From NCBI GenBank assembly GCA_965226885.1, contig CBDDEL010000017.1, positions 352,001-416,000 of the forward strand: a DNA stretch of 64,000 bases, written 5' to 3'. The translations under genes were made by a program, and so were the position numbers. Positions within the stretch are counted from its first letter, which is position 1. Every line of letters begins with the position of its first letter. Shown in pieces: positions 40,281-50,845 of this stretch. This DNA is from Opitutales bacterium. Lineage in GTDB: Bacteria > Verrucomicrobiota > Verrucomicrobiia > Opitutales > UBA2987. The notes beneath the pieces were generated by a model. It made no database searches. It worked only from the letters and a program-made list of their open reading frames with translations, and was not told where the DNA came from.

Positions 40281-41231
40281 ATGAGAAAACGGCGTTTAGG
40301 AAAAACCGATTGGCAAATCAGTGAAATTGGTTTCGGCGCCTGGCCGATTGGCGGCATCATGTATGGCGATGTGCCGACAGAGGACGCTGGCGCCGCCATC
40401 CGCGCCTATGTCGAAGCGGGCGGAAACTTCATTGATACCGCCCGTGTTTACCGCACGAGCGAAGAAATAATCGGCCGCACGATTTACCAATGCGCCCGCC
40501 GTGAAGACCTCATTATAGCCAGTAAAACCAAAGCATTGGACGCTGCGGGCATCGAAACGGACCTGGCCGAAACCCTTCGCCATCTGCAAACAGACTATGT
40601 CGATCTTTATTACATTCACGAGCCGCCCGAAGATGCCGATGCCGCCCACGAGGTTCTCGAGGTCTTTCAATCGCTCAAAAAAAGGGGGTTCATCAGGGCT
40701 GTCGGCGCATCCATCAAGGGACCCAATGTAACCAGCGCCACGGTGGACCTTTGCCGCCAATACATGGCCACCGGCTGCGTCGATGCTCTGCAGGTGATTT
40801 ACAGCATCTTTAGGCAAAAAATCCGGGAAATTATGAACGAAGCCCTCAAAAACGATGTTGGCATAGTGGCCCGGGGCATCCTCGAAAGCGGTTTCCTGAC
40901 CGGCAAATATAAACCCGGCCATCTTTTCGTGGAGGGAGACCACCGCAATCGCTGGGGCCGCCGCGGGCTCGATCATTGCCTTCAATGTGTGAATGAGCTG
41001 AAAGAGTTCGCCGCCTCCCGGCAGATCGAAAACCTCAATCATCTTTCCATCCAGTTCGCCCTGCGGCCAAAAGCTGTCTCCACTGTGATCCTGGGTGGAA
41101 AAACCGAACAACAGGTGATGGAAAATCTCGATACGCTCCAGTCGCCGCCTTTGGATGCGGACCTGCTAGAACAGCTGGCAGAGTTGTATGGCGGCAGGAC
41201 TTCCGAATTCAATATTCCCGAATCCGCTTGA
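40281..41231 (+). CDS. Aldo/keto reductase
   Basis: IGFGAW, FIDTARVY, DYVDLYYIH. Confidence 0.93.
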   Translation: MRKRRLGKTDWQISEIGFGAWPIGGIMYGDVPTEDAGAAIRAYVEAGGNFIDTARVYRTSEEIIGRTIYQCARREDLIIASKTKALDAAGIETDLAETLRHLQTDYVDLYYIHEPPEDADAAHEVLEVFQSLKKRGFIRAVGASIKGPNVTSATVDLCRQYMATGCVDALQVIYSIFRQKIREIMNEALKNDVGIVARGILESGFLTGKYKPGHLFVEGDHRNRWGRRGLDHCLQCVNELKEFAASRQIENLNHLSIQFALRPKAVSTVILGGKTEQQVMENLDTLQSPPLDADLLEQLAELYGGRTSEFNIPESA

Positions 41232-41241
41232 AGGGCGACCA

Positions 41242-41622
41242 TCAGAGCCGGGCAACTGCGTCGATCTCTACTTTGATGCCTTTCATAAGCTGCGCCCCTA
41301 TCGTCGTTCTGGCCGGCCGGACATCCCTGAAGAATTCCCCGTAGGCCTGGTTAAAGCCCTCAAAATATTCCATGTCGGAGAGATAACAGGTGCATTTCAC
41401 GACATTGTCCCGGGTAGCGCCCGCTTCTTTTAAAATGGCTTCGATGTGGTCGAGTGTTCGCCTGGTTTCCTCCTGGATGGTTCCCTCTACCAATTTTCCG
41501 GTTTTCATATCGAGGGGGCCTTGGCCGCTGACATACAGCCACCCATCGCAAACAATTCCGGCCGAAAATAAACCATAAGTGAATTTTTTATCCGGGTGTT
41601 GAATCTCTTTTTTTGACATCAT
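41242..41622 (-). CDS. RidA/YjgF-family imine deaminase
   Basis: LYVSGQGP, RPARTT, VEIDAVA. Confidence 0.92.
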   Translation of the reverse strand: MMSKKEIQHPDKKFTYGLFSAGIVCDGWLYVSGQGPLDMKTGKLVEGTIQEETRRTLDHIEAILKEAGATRDNVVKCTCYLSDMEYFEGFNQAYGEFFRDVRPARTTIGAQLMKGIKVEIDAVARL

Positions 41623-41670
41623 CTTTAGCAAACGAAATTGGTTTTCTAAAACTCCTTACAGGTTGACACA

Positions 41671-41688
41671 AGTAACTATTCAGTTACT
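41671..41688. promoter_or_regulatory. Palindromic operator AGTAAC-TATTCA-GTTACT
   Basis: Perfect half-sites 2 bp after TTGACA (41663), in the RidA/M81 divergent region. Confidence 0.8.
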
Positions 41689-41727
41689 CGTGGTGGCTGT
41701 TTGCAATAAAAAAAGAACCTTTATTTT

Positions 41728-43236
41728 ATGAAACGAATTGCCGTCGGTCAGATCCAGCAGGAAACCAACACCCTTAACCCCATCCTGGCGAAGCGGGAGA
41801 ATTTTGAAGCTTATGGGCTGGCGCGGGGAGACGAGATCATGGCCCACCATGGCGATGTCAGTGAATTGGGCGGATTCGCCGCTCTTCCCCAAACCCTTGG
41901 GCAGGATGTCGAATGGCTCGGCTTGATCAGAGCCAAGGGCCACGCCGGAGGCCCCCTCTCAGATGCCTTGCTGGAGGAATTCATCGAGGCGGCCTGCGAA
42001 CCTCTCCGCCGGGTTCCGGTGGATGGCGTGCTTTTGGCGCTGCACGGGGCGTTGGCTTCGACCGGATGCCCGGATGCCGAGGGCTCTATCCTGAAACGAG
42101 TGCGGGAAACGGTCGGCCCGGAAGTCCCCGTAGTGGCCACCCTTGATCTCCATGCCAATATCACCCGCCAGATGGTGGATGCGGCCGACGTGCTGGTCGG
42201 TTATCACACTTTTCCGCATATTGACGCCATGCAAACGGGGAGGCGCGCCGCGCGCGTTTTGGCCGACCTGCTGTTAAAAGGACCCGGCATTCGGGTTTCG
42301 GCGACAAAAATTCCCATGGTCGTCAACACACGGGGTTTTACCACCGACAAGGGCGTCATGGCGGATATTTACCGCCGCCTGGTCGAGGCGGAATGTGAGG
42401 ATGGGGTAATCTCCACGGGGCTTTACATGGCGCAGCCCTGGCTCGATGTGCCGGATCTCGGCTGGACACTCTACCAGGCATTCAGGTCCGAAAAACCACC
42501 TTTGCAGGTGGAGCCATTGGTGCGCGAATGCTGGCAGGCGCGAAAGCATAATCAAGCCGTCCTTTCCACTCCCACAGAGGTCGTGCAGGAAGCTCTCTCC
42601 ACCAAGGGCGGCCCGGTCGTCATCTCGGAAGGCCACGACGCCACCAACTCCGGCGCACCGGGCGACAGCACCCGTCTCCTGGCGGCGCTCATCAGCCGCC
42701 CCATCCCGGAAGGCGGAGCCTTGACCTTCTGCGTCGATAAGGAAGCGGTCGAGCGGTGCCACCAAGCGGGTTCGGGGCGCCCCGTCAAATTAATGGTTGG
42801 CGGGCGGCGAGATCCTTTTTCCGAACCGGTGGAACTGGAGGGGACCGTGTCTAGCCTCGGCGCAGTGAGGTTCCTGCTCTCCGGTCATGGCGGGCACAAT
42901 CTTCCCGTTGACTTGGGGCGGGCGGGCGTCGTAAAGAACGCTTTCGCGACTATTGTGTTGACCGAGAGGGAAGGCAATGGCAGCAGCCCGAAACTGTATC
43001 AATCCGTGGGCATCGACCCGAAAAAGTATAAAATTGTGGTTGCCAAAAGCCCTGAGGGATTCCGCCATGACTATGAACCAATGGCGGCGGCCATTCTCTA
43101 CTGCGGAGCGCCCGGATGCGCTTCGGCCAACCTCAAGGAATTGCCTTTCCATCTGGCTTCGCGGCCGCTCTTTCCACTGGATGACTTCGATGACCTCGAT
43201 AAAGCCGCCTGGACCTGGACCGTGACCAAGCAATAA
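41728..43236 (+). CDS. M81-family metallopeptidase (MlrC-like amidohydrolase)
   Basis: QETNT, LHGA, TLDLHAN, YHTFPHID, GAPGDST. Confidence 0.92.
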   Translation: MKRIAVGQIQQETNTLNPILAKRENFEAYGLARGDEIMAHHGDVSELGGFAALPQTLGQDVEWLGLIRAKGHAGGPLSDALLEEFIEAACEPLRRVPVDGVLLALHGALASTGCPDAEGSILKRVRETVGPEVPVVATLDLHANITRQMVDAADVLVGYHTFPHIDAMQTGRRAARVLADLLLKGPGIRVSATKIPMVVNTRGFTTDKGVMADIYRRLVEAECEDGVISTGLYMAQPWLDVPDLGWTLYQAFRSEKPPLQVEPLVRECWQARKHNQAVLSTPTEVVQEALSTKGGPVVISEGHDATNSGAPGDSTRLLAALISRPIPEGGALTFCVDKEAVERCHQAGSGRPVKLMVGGRRDPFSEPVELEGTVSSLGAVRFLLSGHGGHNLPVDLGRAGVVKNAFATIVLTEREGNGSSPKLYQSVGIDPKKYKIVVAKSPEGFRHDYEPMAAAILYCGAPGCASANLKELPFHLASRPLFPLDDFDDLDKAAWTWTVTKQ

Positions 43237-43244
43237 AACGACAA

Positions 43245-44558
43245 ATGGACGCCATAAACTCCTCGCAGCTATTCCAACGGGCTCGCCGCTCTTTGCCAGG
43301 TGGAGTCTGTTCCTCCACCCGTTACAACGCAGCCCTGGAAAAGCCTATGTATGTGACCGAGGCGCACGGCGCACGGTTTACCGATGTTGAGGGACGCACT
43401 TACATAGATATGTGCTGTGGTCACGGGGCTGCCCTTCTCGGGCATGGGCATCCGGCCGTTTGCGCCGCTCTCCAGGAAGCCGCCCGATTGGGGGTTTGCT
43501 GCGCCTTCGACACGCCGCACGTGATTCAACTGGCGGAAACGATTTGCCGGTTCATTCCTTGCGCGGAGAGAGTCCGTTTTACCAATTCGGGATCCGAGGC
43601 TACCCTCCACGCCATAAGGCTCTGCCGGGCCGTCAGCGGGCGGGACAAAATCATCCGTTTCACGGGCCATTTCCACGGCTATCACGAACACACCTACATC
43701 GGCGGCCATCCCCCGCTGGAGGCTCTCGACCGCGCCTCCTCCTACCGCGAATCGGCCGGCATTCCCAAGCCGTTGACACAATTCATCGTGGCCCTGCCCT
43801 TTAACGATCTTTCGGCCGTAGAGAACGCACTGAAATCTCAGTCCCATGAAATCGGGACCGTCATTCTGGAACCGATCGACTACAACAGCGGGGCCATCTT
43901 GGCACAACCCGGTTATCTGGCAGGCCTGCGGGAATTGACGAAGAAATATGACGTCCTTCTCTTTTTCGACGAAATCCAATCCTGTTTTAAAAAGAGTACC
44001 GGCGGCGCGCAGACGGACTTCGGAGTGATTCCCGATATTTGCACCATAGGTAAATCGCTGGGCGGGGGATTGCCCCTGTCGGCGATCTGTGGTCCGGCCG
44101 AAATCATGGATCGATTTAAGCCTCTGGGCGACGTTCAGCACAGCGGGACTTTCAACGGCCCCCTGCCCAGCGTTCTGGCCGGAAACGCCTTTTGCGCGGA
44201 AGTGGAAAAACCCACATTTTACGCAAAACTGGAAGAACTCGGAGAACGTTTTTACGGGGAACTGGAGGATATCATCGACCGCCTGGGCCTGCCCGTTCAG
44301 GCGCCCCATCACGGGGCCCGCTTCGGACTTTTGATGGGCCTGGAAGAAAAACCCATCGACTACCGCGACACCCTCAAGCACCGCTCCGACCTGATGCTTG
44401 ATTTTGTCCGCGAAACAGCCCGGCAGGGGGTTTACTTTCACGACTATAACGGCAATCCCTGCCATCACGGTTTCAGCTGGGCTCATTCCATGGAAGACAT
44501 GGAAAAGGTACTCGAGGCGGTTGAAAATGCCTTAATGCGAATCAAAGATCGATTCTGA
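43245..44558 (+). CDS. Class III PLP aminotransferase (GSA-aminomutase-like)
   Basis: NSGSEAT, FHGYH, FFDEIQ, IGKSLGGG, SGTFNG. Confidence 0.9.
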   Translation: MDAINSSQLFQRARRSLPGGVCSSTRYNAALEKPMYVTEAHGARFTDVEGRTYIDMCCGHGAALLGHGHPAVCAALQEAARLGVCCAFDTPHVIQLAETICRFIPCAERVRFTNSGSEATLHAIRLCRAVSGRDKIIRFTGHFHGYHEHTYIGGHPPLEALDRASSYRESAGIPKPLTQFIVALPFNDLSAVENALKSQSHEIGTVILEPIDYNSGAILAQPGYLAGLRELTKKYDVLLFFDEIQSCFKKSTGGAQTDFGVIPDICTIGKSLGGGLPLSAICGPAEIMDRFKPLGDVQHSGTFNGPLPSVLAGNAFCAEVEKPTFYAKLEELGERFYGELEDIIDRLGLPVQAPHHGARFGLLMGLEEKPIDYRDTLKHRSDLMLDFVRETARQGVYFHDYNGNPCHHGFSWAHSMEDMEKVLEAVENALMRIKDRF

Positions 44559-44631
44559 TGCCGAACAGCGATGCAAAATGCGTGATTGCCCCAATGACCG
44601 AGAACCGTTTAATCAATCTGAAACCTTAAAT

Positions 44632-45354
44632 ATGAAGCCACACTTTTTAATTATCGCTCTTTTGACGGTATTTGCCACAGGGGCGACCGGACAAACGGAT
44701 ATCGGGGTGGAAAAAGGCGATTCTTTTGAGATCCTGAGGCTGCCGGACGGACGGATTTTAAAAAACGCCGAAGTGCTCTCCGTGGTCGTCATTCTCGACC
44801 ACGACGGCGGCGTGGAGACCGTCGAATGGGACACTTTTCAGGAAACCGTCAACAATCCCGCGGACACTCTTGCCAATGTGAGCAAACCCGCAACCCGCAG
44901 CGCTTTCAGCGGCACGGCTTTTGAAACTCTAAAGTTCGGCGACAATACCAAGGAGGTTTTCAAAAAGTTGAAGAAGTTGGACATCGTTGACAGGATCGAC
45001 ACTTCGGGAGTGAATTTCGTGGCCTTGATAAACCTCGCCGGTCGTCGTTATTTTCTTTATCCTCATTTCAAGAACAAAGCCCTCTCGGTGATTCGCATCC
45101 GTAGCGAATATCGGGAAGCCGATGAATTTGATGAATACCTGCGTCTGGATTGGGAATATTTGAGAAACCTGGTCATCAACAGATTCGGGCTGCCGACCCA
45201 GGCCCAGGATTTTCCTAAAACTCCCTATTTCCCGAGTAAAAGCCTCCACTTGACGGACGATTGGAAAGGCCTTCATGTCGGCATCCAGTTAGGCGTCAAA
45301 ATAATCGAAGATAAATACTACGCCGTCGCCTACATCTCGAGTAAGAGAGAATGA
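44632..45354 (+). CDS. Hypothetical secreted protein
   Basis: Signal peptide MKPHFLIIALLTVFATGATG. No family recognised. Confidence 0.7.
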   Translation: MKPHFLIIALLTVFATGATGQTDIGVEKGDSFEILRLPDGRILKNAEVLSVVVILDHDGGVETVEWDTFQETVNNPADTLANVSKPATRSAFSGTAFETLKFGDNTKEVFKKLKKLDIVDRIDTSGVNFVALINLAGRRYFLYPHFKNKALSVIRIRSEYREADEFDEYLRLDWEYLRNLVINRFGLPTQAQDFPKTPYFPSKSLHLTDDWKGLHVGIQLGVKIIEDKYYAVAYISSKRE

Positions 45355-45412
45355 AAGAATTAACCCGTATCTATAAATAGAATTTCTAGATATTACTCAG
45401 CGGCTCCTTTAG

Positions 45413-46978
45413 CCCGGATATTTCATGAAGGGTAAAGTTTGGCTCGTTATTGCTATTGGAGATGGATTTCTTTGTATTTTGAGCAGATCGTCTTGATTTT
45501 TAGGTGTTTTTCAGGGTGTAGAGACACTGCCCCCTTTCCCCCATTGGTTCGGTAGTGCCGGGGGCAGCACCAATGCACCCTTTAGGTTGGCACCAATCGG
45601 CGGGCCGCATGGTTGAAAAGACTGGCCCAAGGATAACTCTCACTTAGGTGAAAGTGAATCGTTCGGGTGTTGCGCACGATGACCGCTCCGATCTTGATTA
45701 ATTTGAGCCGCAGGGTGTGGCATTGGGCCCGCGCCCACTTCGTCCCTTTTAAGGCTAACCGGCGCATGGCTTCCATCAAGGTGTAGGCCAGCGCCGACAA
45801 GAGCAATCGCCACTGATTGGCCCACCATTGATGGGCGCTGGTGCGCTCGCTGAACAATTGCATCTGTTCCTTGATTCGGTTCTCCATTTCACCGCGGCCA
45901 CAGTATACCTTGTCGTAAAGCTCCTGGGGATCGCCCGGCAGGTTCGTCACCACGAAGCGCGGGTTGGACCCCTGTGCGGTGTGTTCGGCTTTATGGATGA
46001 CCAACCGCAGCCATCGCCACGAATCGGCAGCATAGACGAAGTCCTGGAATAACCGTTGTTTTTTACCCCTTAGTTCGAACCATTCTTTGGCCTGCTTTTG
46101 CAACTGCTGGGCGTCTTGCTGCAAGCGTGCATTGCGAGCCATCCCCACGATGTAACTAACTTCGTTGCGGTCGCACCAAGAGAGTATCCGGTCTCGACAA
46201 AATCCACTGTCGGCGCGCCAAATAATCCGCGTACGGGGCCAGCTTTGGCGAATCCGTTTAACCAGCAATTTGAGGATGGCCCCGGCATGCTTGCTGGCAT
46301 CGATCTTGCTCGGCCGCAGGTAGGCCACCAGCAGCTGATCACCGCAAAAACATATAGCGGCAGAAAACAGTAATGATCATAATAACCGTGGAAAAAACGT
46401 CCCTCCTGGAGCCCGTGCACCGGATTGTCGGTGGCGTCAAAGTCCAGGATGATCTCTTCGGGTTCCTCGGCAAAGGAGCCCATGAACTGTTCGACCAACA
46501 GCTCGTTTACCGCAAAGGCCGCCCGCCGATCCTGCCCGTTTTCAAAACGACACAAAGTCGGCGCGCTGGCCAACGTTTCAATGCGCCCCGTTACCGTTTG
46601 CAACAATGGATCGTGGCGCAGGGTATCAAAGTCGTTCAAATCCTCATAGCCCGCCACCAGCCCGTAAACGCGCTGCCGCAGCATCCCCAAGACCTCATGG
46701 CGTACTTTGCCCTTCTGCCGTTTGTCCACTAACTGTCGGGCCGCTCGTTCGGTCAAGCCCAACTGCCGATCCACTTCCCGGATCAAAAGCAGTCCGGCAT
46801 CCGAAGTAACCTCTCCGCCCTTGAAATCAACCCGCACACGGCGGCCTTTTACCCTTGTCAACTGTAGCTTTAATTGTTTACCTTTTGTCATCGCTGATAT
46901 TGCTTTAATTATTGATCTATCCTGCTGTATATCAGCAGTTAAGCATATCAACGATACTTTTTTTACGAAATATCCGGG
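45413..46978 (-). mobile_element. IS1380-family element, copy 3 (1566 bp)
   Basis: Both IRs present. TTAG duplication. Confidence 0.96.
45582..46891 (-). pseudogene. IS1380 transposase, frameshifted
   Basis: A5 instead of A6 at about 46346-46350 splits the ORF. Could be a homopolymer sequencing error. Confidence 0.8.
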
Positions 46979-47042
46979 TTAGTTCCGTCGATATACTGAG
47001 TCCGTCCGACAATTAAACGATCTCTAATTTTTGTGTGATGGA

Positions 47043-48116
47043 TCAGTATTGGAATGGCATTCTCAGTTCCAGGGTTCGTTCAGCCGGCTTGTAAAATCCC
47101 TGCGGGGCATGGTCGGAGGTGTGGAGATAACATTCGACGCGAACTGTTTTGCTACCCTCGGTGAAGATGAAGAGGCGGCTCATGGGCATAGTTTTTTTGC
47201 CTACATGGTATTTAGTCAAGGCGGCCACATTGACGAAATTGACATCCCATTTTCGCTCGATGTGCGATTTGCCGCCATGACAATCGTCCGGGTTGGTGTG
47301 GGTATGGCCGCCCAGCCAGAGATCGATGGTGCCGGGATGAGCTAGCAGGTATTTCTCGAAAGCCTGTGCGTCCGGCTTGCCATCGACAAAGTAGAGGTAA
47401 GAGGCGCCTTCCGGGCCTCCATCGGGGCAGTAGCCGTGATAATTCGCGATCCAGTTGCCTTCCTCGTCTTTGTCAAAGCCTTCCCATGGACCCGAAGCCA
47501 CGGTCGTATTTTTCAGCATGTGATGGTGCGCCGTGATTATAATGGAATTCTCATTAGCGGCGACGATCCGGCGCCACCATTCATAGGTTTCTCCCGTAAC
47601 GGCTCCCGCCGGATAACCCTTAATGTCGCCCCGCCCCACCGGCGGTCCTCCATCGTTGCGATCTCCCATAAGTAGAAAGAGTATATTGCCAATCCGGAAT
47701 GAATAGCGCTCCCAGGAGCCTTCTACCGGGTAGGGGTAATTATTCCTGTGGACCCCGGAATCAGCGGAGTTTTCGCCCATGGGATCAATCCATTTTTTAA
47801 ACCACCATTGGCATTCTTCATTGGGACCGCTGGCGTCATGATTGCCGACCAGGCAATAGAAATGCTCCCTCCGGTGCTTGCTGGAGGCGGAAAATTGTCG
47901 CGCCACCTCGCGCCCTTCGTCGTCTTGCGGGGGCATCTGGCTGCCGGAAAAATCACCCAGCATCAGGGCCACATCCCAGTCAAAAGGCTCCCTGCCATCC
48001 TCCGATTGCCGAATGGCCTCGGCCAGACTCTCGCGATTTCTGCCGTTTGCCAGATCGGTTCCCACATGGGAGCAGCTGGAGGCCCAGATTTTCAATGTTC
48101 TTACGCCCACAACCAA
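47043..48116 (-). CDS. Calcineurin-like metallophosphoesterase fold protein
   Basis: CSHV, MLGDF, VGNHD, AHH, GGHTH. Start codon uncertain. Confidence 0.8.
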   Translation of the reverse strand: MVVGVRTLKIWASSCSHVGTDLANGRNRESLAEAIRQSEDGREPFDWDVALMLGDFSGSQMPPQDDEGREVARQFSASSKHRREHFYCLVGNHDASGPNEECQWWFKKWIDPMGENSADSGVHRNNYPYPVEGSWERYSFRIGNILFLLMGDRNDGGPPVGRGDIKGYPAGAVTGETYEWWRRIVAANENSIIITAHHHMLKNTTVASGPWEGFDKDEEGNWIANYHGYCPDGGPEGASYLYFVDGKPDAQAFEKYLLAHPGTIDLWLGGHTHTNPDDCHGGKSHIERKWDVNFVNVAALTKYHVGKKTMPMSRLFIFTEGSKTVRVECYLHTSDHAPQGFYKPAERTLELRMPFQY

Positions 48117-48143
48117 TTTGATTTTGAATACACTGTCAGCCTG

Positions 48144-49034
48144 TCATTTTTCGCTGAAATGCCGGGCCATCTTTTTGCGCAGGAATTCTACGCTCTGGTG
48201 CAATTGCTCCATCCCATCGACACCATCCTCGATGCTTATCCAACCGTTAAAACCAACCTTGACCAAAATGGAGAAAATCCGGTCGTAATCGTTGAGTCCC
48301 TGGCCGATGGTTCCATGGGACAATCGCTCGGCATAGCCCAAACTGTCCATTTCTTCCCGGCGAAGGTCTTCCAGGCTGCCGGAAACCAGGTAACGATCAC
48401 TGGCGTGCATGGTGACGACACGATTTTTCACCTTTTCCAGCATTTCGATGGGGTCCTCTCCCGCCAAAAGGGTGTTGCTGGGATCGTAGTTGACTCCGAA
48501 CCAGGCCGAGTCGATACGATCGACCAATTGGCAAAAGACATCCATGTGCTGGGCGAATTCCGAATAGCGCCAATAATTATCCTTATAATGATTTTCGATG
48601 GTGAGAGTGACTCCGGCCTCGGCGGCATGTCCGAGGCAGGCCTCAATGCACTCCACGGAATATTCAATGCCCTCCTCCCGCGAAACTTCGGGCCGGCGCT
48701 GCCCGGAGAGCACCCGGCAATAACGACCTCCGAGCGCCCAGGTCAAATCGATCCAGCGTTTTTCAAGGTCCACTTGCCGCTGTCGAAATTGCGCATCCGG
48801 GTGAGTAAAATCGGGTGAACAGCAAAGCATGGGGATTTCGAGTTCATTATCTTCCGCCATCCGCCGGTAGAGTGTCGCATCTTTTTCTTTCTTTAGTTCC
48901 AGAAAACCGGCGTAAAACTCCAATCCTTCGATGTCGAGTGTGGCCGCCAATTCTATCCATTCCCGCAATTTCATGGCGCCGGAAAGGCACAGGTCGTCCA
49001 AAAACGCTTTTGGAAATGCGGCTAACTGAGGCAT
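48144..49034 (-). CDS. Sugar phosphate isomerase/epimerase (xylose-isomerase-like TIM barrel)
   Basis: IENH, NYDPSN, MHASD, ISIED. Confidence 0.88.
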   Translation of the reverse strand: MPQLAAFPKAFLDDLCLSGAMKLREWIELAATLDIEGLEFYAGFLELKKEKDATLYRRMAEDNELEIPMLCCSPDFTHPDAQFRQRQVDLEKRWIDLTWALGGRYCRVLSGQRRPEVSREEGIEYSVECIEACLGHAAEAGVTLTIENHYKDNYWRYSEFAQHMDVFCQLVDRIDSAWFGVNYDPSNTLLAGEDPIEMLEKVKNRVVTMHASDRYLVSGSLEDLRREEMDSLGYAERLSHGTIGQGLNDYDRIFSILVKVGFNGWISIEDGVDGMEQLHQSVEFLRKKMARHFSEK

Positions 49035-49039
49035 GTGAT

Positions 49040-49750
49040 TTACTGATCGCCGCCGATGGCCACATCCCCATAAGCGTGCACCTTGTCGCAGATCAGGCGC
49101 AAAGAAGATTCCAGATCGCCCCCGGCGGTGCGGAAAGCGTCGGCGTCGATGGTCAGGGGCGCTCCCAGGACGACCAGCGGAGCCCCGTATTCAGGCGTTC
49201 GCACGGCTTGCTCGAGGGACAGACCGCCCACCGCCTGAACCGGAACGCTCACCGCCGCAACCACTTCGCGCAACCGGTCGAGGGGACTCGGCATGCGACC
49301 GCCCCCCGCAGCGATCCCGCGACGCTCGTCATAACCGATATGATGGATGACAAAATCGCATCCCAGGTCTTCAAGCCGCCTGGCGCCCGCCGCCATGTCC
49401 TTACAGGCGAGATTGTCGCCCATCACCTCGACACCGAAATCCCGCCCCGCCTGAACCACGCATTTAATTGTTTCCGGATGAGCCCGCGCCATCACCACCA
49501 CATGGGTGGCCCCAGCCCCGGCCATCATCTCGGCTTCCAAGTAACCGCCGTCCATCGTTTTCAAGTCCGCCACGATGGGAACCTCTGGAAACCGCTCCCG
49601 TAGTGCCTTGACCCCGTGCAAGCCCTCGGCCAGGAGCAGCGGAGTGCCCGCTTCCAGCCAATCGACTCCCGCCCGGAGAGCCATCTGGGCCGTTTCCAGC
49701 GCCTCGTTGATATCCGTCAGATCGAGAGAGATTTGAACAATGGTTTTCAT
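49040..49750 (-). CDS. HUMPS/OMP-decarboxylase family protein (hexulose-6-phosphate synthase-like)
   Basis: QISLD, LEAGTPL, ADLKTMDGG, HIGYD, AVGGL. Confidence 0.88.
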   Translation of the reverse strand: MKTIVQISLDLTDINEALETAQMALRAGVDWLEAGTPLLLAEGLHGVKALRERFPEVPIVADLKTMDGGYLEAEMMAGAGATHVVVMARAHPETIKCVVQAGRDFGVEVMGDNLACKDMAAGARRLEDLGCDFVIHHIGYDERRGIAAGGGRMPSPLDRLREVVAAVSVPVQAVGGLSLEQAVRTPEYGAPLVVLGAPLTIDADAFRTAGGDLESSLRLICDKVHAYGDVAIGGDQ

Positions 49751-49819
49751 TCTGGAACTTCTATTCCCAAATACTCATTTTGGTCAAAAAAAGATTGATT
49801 TCTACAAGTCACCGGACAA

Positions 49820-49837
49820 AGTAACCAAGTAGTTACT
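49820..49837. promoter_or_regulatory. Palindromic operator AGTAAC-CAAGTA-GTTACT
   Basis: Perfect half-sites in the HUMPS/amidohydrolase divergent region. Confidence 0.8.
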
Positions 49838-49870
49838 GCGGAGAGGAAAAACAACTGTCAATTACTATTT

Positions 49871-50845
49871 ATGCTCATTGATGTTCATAATCATATCGGG
49901 GTGGAACTGCTTTTCTACCTGCACGGCGATTTCCCCTACGGGCAGGATATTCCAGCCTTGGTCGAAAGAGCGGATTCGCACGGGGTTACCCACTGGGTCG
50001 TATTTCCCTTTGTCAGCAATCTCACTTGCGATTATGGAGCCTTGCGCGGGGGGAAAGTGATTCCTTCCGGTGGGATCGAAAAAATCCCCTACGCCTATGA
50101 AAACCGGCGCTTGATGCGGGAGGTTTACGATTATTTTCCCGAATTTTCGAACCGCTTTCTTCCCTTGCCGATAATCGACCCCAATCGGCGGACAGCGGAA
50201 CAGATTAAGGCACTGAAACAACTTCGGCAGGAGTATCGCTTTTATGGATTTAAAATCCAGGGCAGCATCATTCGTTCAGAGGTCAAGGGACTCTTGCGGG
50301 ATGGCCGGGGTTTTCTCGATCTGGCCAGGGAATGGGACATCCCCGTGCTCATACACAGCAGCGTGGCCATAGACGATATCTGGTCGCAGGCGGTGGACAT
50401 CCTCGATATCGCCGAGGAACATCCAGATGTGCGCTTCTGCCTGGCTCATTCCTGCCGGTTTGACCGTTTCTGCCTGGACCGTCTGGCCGAATTGCCTAAT
50501 GCCTGGTTCGATTGCTCGGCTCACGTCATTCATTGTCGAAGCGTTGAGCAGGGTTTACCCAACGTGGCAAGCGGAGATCGCCTCTTCAGGAGTGATTACA
50601 CGAATCCACCTCAAGTTCTTGCAGACCTCTATTCCGCCTATCCGGAAAAACTGATGTGGGGCAGCGATTCTCCTTTTTATAGTTGGATTTCAATGGAAGG
50701 AAGAATAGCCGTTCCCCTCAAAAGCAGCTATGCAACCGAGGTGCAATGCCTATCGGCCCTGCCTCCGCAGGGATTGTCCCGAATCACCGTGGAAAACATC
50801 CTGCAATTTCTAAAATTGCAGGAAGATTGCGCCCTCTCCGGTTAA
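49871..50845 (+). CDS. Amidohydrolase_2-family protein
   Basis: IDVHNH, PVLIHS, LAH, MWGSDSP. Confidence 0.88.
   Translation: MLIDVHNHIGVELLFYLHGDFPYGQDIPALVERADSHGVTHWVVFPFVSNLTCDYGALRGGKVIPSGGIEKIPYAYENRRLMREVYDYFPEFSNRFLPLPIIDPNRRTAEQIKALKQLRQEYRFYGFKIQGSIIRSEVKGLLRDGRGFLDLAREWDIPVLIHSSVAIDDIWSQAVDILDIAEEHPDVRFCLAHSCRFDRFCLDRLAELPNAWFDCSAHVIHCRSVEQGLPNVASGDRLFRSDYTNPPQVLADLYSAYPEKLMWGSDSPFYSWISMEGRIAVPLKSSYATEVQCLSALPPQGLSRITVENILQFLKLQEDCALSG

Noticed and set aside
49040..49750. Methylotrophy (RuMP) or pyrF assignment
   Set aside because: There is no phi partner, and the motifs fit the HPS/KGPDC branch rather than PyrF. Function left open.
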